From: Ascidiella aspersa
Taxonomy: Eukaryota
Direction of reading: 5' to 3'
Assembly: GCA_963924565.1 (NCBI GenBank)
Contig: OZ004612.1
Span: 10,726,001 to 10,790,000 of the forward strand
Length of the DNA: 64,000 bases
The position numbers and the translations under genes were made by a program. Below, piece by piece: positions 60,575 to 64,000 of the stretch. Numbering within the stretch: position 1 is the first letter of the stretch; each line of letters starts with the position of its first letter. The notes beneath the pieces are model-generated. The model made no database searches, was not told the origin of the DNA, and was given only the letters and a program-made list of their open reading frames with translations.

Positions 60575-62137
60575 CTCTCGGGCCTTGTTTTTATGCAGCG
60601 CGTGCTATTTGCGACACCGCTTGCCGCGGCGACCTATGAAATATTAACAAGCTGCGGTAACATTAATGGCCGCGCCGACGATAATAATAGCTGCCTTGCT
60701 ATTTGCTTCATATTTGACGCGCAGCACATCGCCATCAAAACAGGAAGATGGAAAGGTCTACAAAACATCCCTGTATCCCCCAGATCTGAAAGTGCAGCCC
60801 AGGGATTCGCCAAATGTATGCCTCGAGAGAATATCCATAAATTTGTAATCTTAATAAATAAATATATTCGTGTTACACGCATGCAGATAAGCACGCCAAA
60901 TATTAAATGCACGCTATTTTTAGTTAAATGATAAAACTTTGGTATATACCCGTTATCGTGTCGTGTATTAGTGGAGATTGCGAAAGTGTGCTATTATTGC
61001 TTTGTGTATGAAATGTGCCGCGAATAGTTTTAAAATTCGTGAGGTTAGTTCACACTGTAGACACGATCGTTGTGCTTTAAAGGAAAACGTTGCACCTATA
61101 GCGTATAGAAAACGTTACGAGGCTGGCCGATATGAGCAAACAGATTTCCCTTAAACGCTCGCAACGTGTTGTATGTGAACTGGAGACCCAAACCTTGCCT
61201 AATGCTTATAGCGAACTTTCTGCGCTCAAATTAACGTACCGATTCCTGGCAACAAAATAAACAACCAATGGAGCTACGCAAAAATGAACTCCATAACCTC
61301 AGCTGAAATGCGCCGACATTCTGTCCGTTTTCGCGTGAACATTAATTTTCGATGCGACGTGCTTAGGATGCTCTGTATACAAGTGAGTGGGATACTTGTT
61401 TTAAGCGCGCCCGTCGTAATTCTATGTTGCCCGATGGACGTCATTCCCGGGGCCGTAGCTCGTAAACTTGCCTGCATGAATGCGGCTTCGCCTTTCGGGT
61501 CGTAAATTTCCGGTGTCGCCTAGTCACGGCTGCTGTCGGGGCTCTGACGTAATCGCAAAGTAGACGCGAATGAATTGCCACGCTAAAATTTCATAAGTTC
61601 GTTTCAGCGCCAGCGTAACTTGCAAAAAGCTAATATATCGAGCAACAGAGGAAAACAACGTTTAGATACAAACCATTTTAGGGTGTAGACCAGGTCCCTG
61701 TCCCATATGCCGAAGATTGTTATATCAGTGATTCCAGATTTTTTACTATTATAGTGATGGTTCTTGAAGTTTTTCAACTGTCGAACCCTTTTTACTTCCT
61801 TTTAGTTAATAGACCCATCGTTAAGTAAGCTATTGTCTATACACAAGCTGTCCAATGATATATTTTATCATTAAAACCCAATTAAATATAATTGTCGTTC
61901 ATCGAAAGTAAAAAACAATTGCCCCTTAAAACTTCGTAGCGTATCCCCGGAGGTCCGCGGCCCCAGTTAGTGAACCACTCTATTCGAGAATTACTCGGGG
62001 AAAGAAAGTATTAAATAGCCAGTGTTTAAAAACAGGTATAATACATGAAATTATTTCTTAAAACGCAGAAATATATATTTTTTGCTATAAAATTGCCAAT
62101 TTTATGTTTTATACCTGTTTTTATTAACAGTCTAAAC

Positions 62138-62463
62138 TAGGGGTTCTTAAACTGGGGTCCATGGACCCCTTAGGGGTCCGTGAATTAGTTTTAGGGGTCC
62201 ATAAAGGCCAAATTGAAATATTAGTGTATATTTAAAAAGTAATCATTTTTTCAAAGAAAGCAGTTTAATTAAAAATGAAACGGTGGTGCACTGACTGTAT
62301 TAAAACTTCATTTCACTTTCACAGTTTTTAGAACGAAATGAACAGATTTATGAAGTTTATTTGTAATGTGACGTCATTTTTGACATTTTTTGCCTATCGC
62401 GTGGTCCACGCGAACCCCAAAAAATGTTAGGGGTCCGCGGTAAAAAAAGTTTAACAACCCCTG
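62138..62463. mobile_element. hAT-type MITE
   Basis: TIRs TAGGGGTTCTTAAACT / AGTTTAACAACCCCTG; perfect TSD GTCTAAAC; subterminal GGGGTCC motifs. Confidence 0.9.
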
Positions 62464-63324
62464 GTCTAAACATCATTTGATACGAAAGTAAGAATCTTTC
62501 ATTTACATTTTATTGTTTGTGTGAAATTTCTTCCATTCCAAAGTGTTTCAGCTTTAACAGCAAGTAGGTTTAAAATGTTTAGCTATGGCTTGAAACGTTT
62601 CGTGTTAAGCTGTTTACTACGTTTTCGTAGCACTTTGTAGCCAGTGATGCGTGGCCCATACACCCCACGTAATTATATTGTTGACCCAGATGGTGACAGA
62701 CTTGGACCACTCTATACGAGTGAAGCAGCTTTTGACGGTTCCAGTATTTCGAAGTCCAATACACTGTGTTTGTTGTAATCCTGTAAGTCCTTATTAACGC
62801 ATTACACGCACTTGTTCGATAAAGCTGAAAACAACGCCCGTGTTATTCAGCCAGCGACCCACGTCAACAAGTAATGACGCATCTTCCACCATCGACTTGA
62901 CAATGCTGGTAGCGCATATTCCGCGTCCGCCGTCCGATCGTTCCAAAACAACCTGTGCGTTGCTTTGTTTTTTAAAGCTTCGCGGCCACATTCTCCCGTT
63001 CGTACTCCTCGTGTTATTGCGGACGGCCGCTACTTGATTCGCGATGCACTTAGATAAAAGTTTTACGACCGATTTCCTGAACCCAAGTCGTGGCCACATT
63101 GCTCGAATTGCTCGGCTTTCCAGCTTTGCGCCTTGCTAAGACAATATCTGAAACCAAGACAAACCAGTCGATAAGTCAAAGGTAAATCTTATTTCACAAA
63201 ATCCTAAAAAAATCTCACTTGATCGTACTCTTGATTTATTAGAGTTAAAGTTGTGCGTATACGAACATATTGAAGTAGGCAACGATGTCATGTATGCCCT
63301 GTAAAACTGCCAATTAATAAAGGG

Positions 63325-63372
63325 ACCGGTTTGACCGAGGTCGAGAGTTCGAACCGCACCGCTGACAAGACT
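63325..63372 (+). repeat. Degenerate tRNA/SINE-like fragment (B box)
   Basis: CCGGTTTGACCGAGGTCGAGAGTTCGAACCGCAC resembles CCGGCTTGACCGGAGGTCGTGAGTTCGAACCTCAC of the 18.2-kb element. Confidence 0.5.
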
Positions 63373-64000
63373 GGTCTAGCCTTTTCTTTGCTTCTCCTTT
63401 AACAACGTTGATTGATCGTTTGATTTCGCTTATGATTTTTAAAATATACCGCTGAACAGTACGATCTTAGGAGGGTTTGCAGTTGTACGACTTTGGGAGG
63501 GTTCGCAGAATTGCAGCAACACTTATGTGTTAATGTTGTAGTGACTTGCTGTTTTCGTGACTATGAGCGTCTAATTATTGTATGGTAATCAGCAATGTTG
63601 ATGAGGGAACGAAGAAAAACGCTAACAGTTCCAGCAATCCGTCGCAGCAATATCAAACCGCCGGAAAACAAGTCCAAACTGTGCGCTGTGTGTTAGCAAT
63701 ACTCTAAAAGAGCTGGAAACCGCTTGGCGCGATAAACTGGGTGACCTCTCTTTGAACTGCGCCCGCGAGTTCAGTTATAGCGACTGTGCTCCTGTTGTTG
63801 TTTTTGTCGTTTGTAAAAGTAACTGTTTTCGCCTGATGTATTCGCGCGATTCGCCTATCAAAATATCCCGCAACATGGTTGCGTTTTAAAGCGCTGTTGA
63901 TTTTCCCTGAAACTAAAAGTGTTGCCGCTCTACGTAGTTACAACCGTTTATTGTATAGTTTTTCTTTGCACCTACGTTAACCGCCTTTGCCATTGCCCCT

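Noticed and set aside
62794-63147. 101-aa minus-strand ORF (MWPR occurs twice) downstream of an acceptor-like TTTCAG
   Set aside because: All three frames from the acceptor stop early and no protein family is recognised; it cannot be supported as a CDS.

Overview
AT-rich, intron-containing animal genomic DNA. The repeat types and gene content suggest an invertebrate chordate such as an ascidian (inference). Four protein-coding genes could be rebuilt by hand with phase-consistent GT-AG introns. (1) A 17-exon RADIL/RASIP1-family gene (RA-FHA-DIL-PDZ, about 1437 aa, + strand, 10793-27071). (2) A convergent 2.9-kb uninterrupted ORF encoding a GlnD/GlnE/DUF294-like pol-beta nucleotidyltransferase fused to a long TPR array (- strand, 29035-31962), bacterial in style. 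(3) A 7-exon membrane-anchored RDH11/12/13-like SDR (325 aa, - strand, 35885-40357). (4) A 4-exon 538-aa 'mini-plakin' joining an N-terminal transmembrane anchor with a CxxC motif to one plakin-repeat domain (+ strand, 47780-52997). Introns and spacers hold many hAT-type MITEs (several with 8-bp TSDs), a TSD-flanked partial-tandem element carrying a tRNA-like cloverleaf, two inverted pairs of a repeat with a Penelope-type minimal hammerhead core, and minisatellites. The best candidates for a new system are the NTase-TPR protein and the membrane-anchored mini-plakin. All coordinates and family assignments were made by eye, without database searches.
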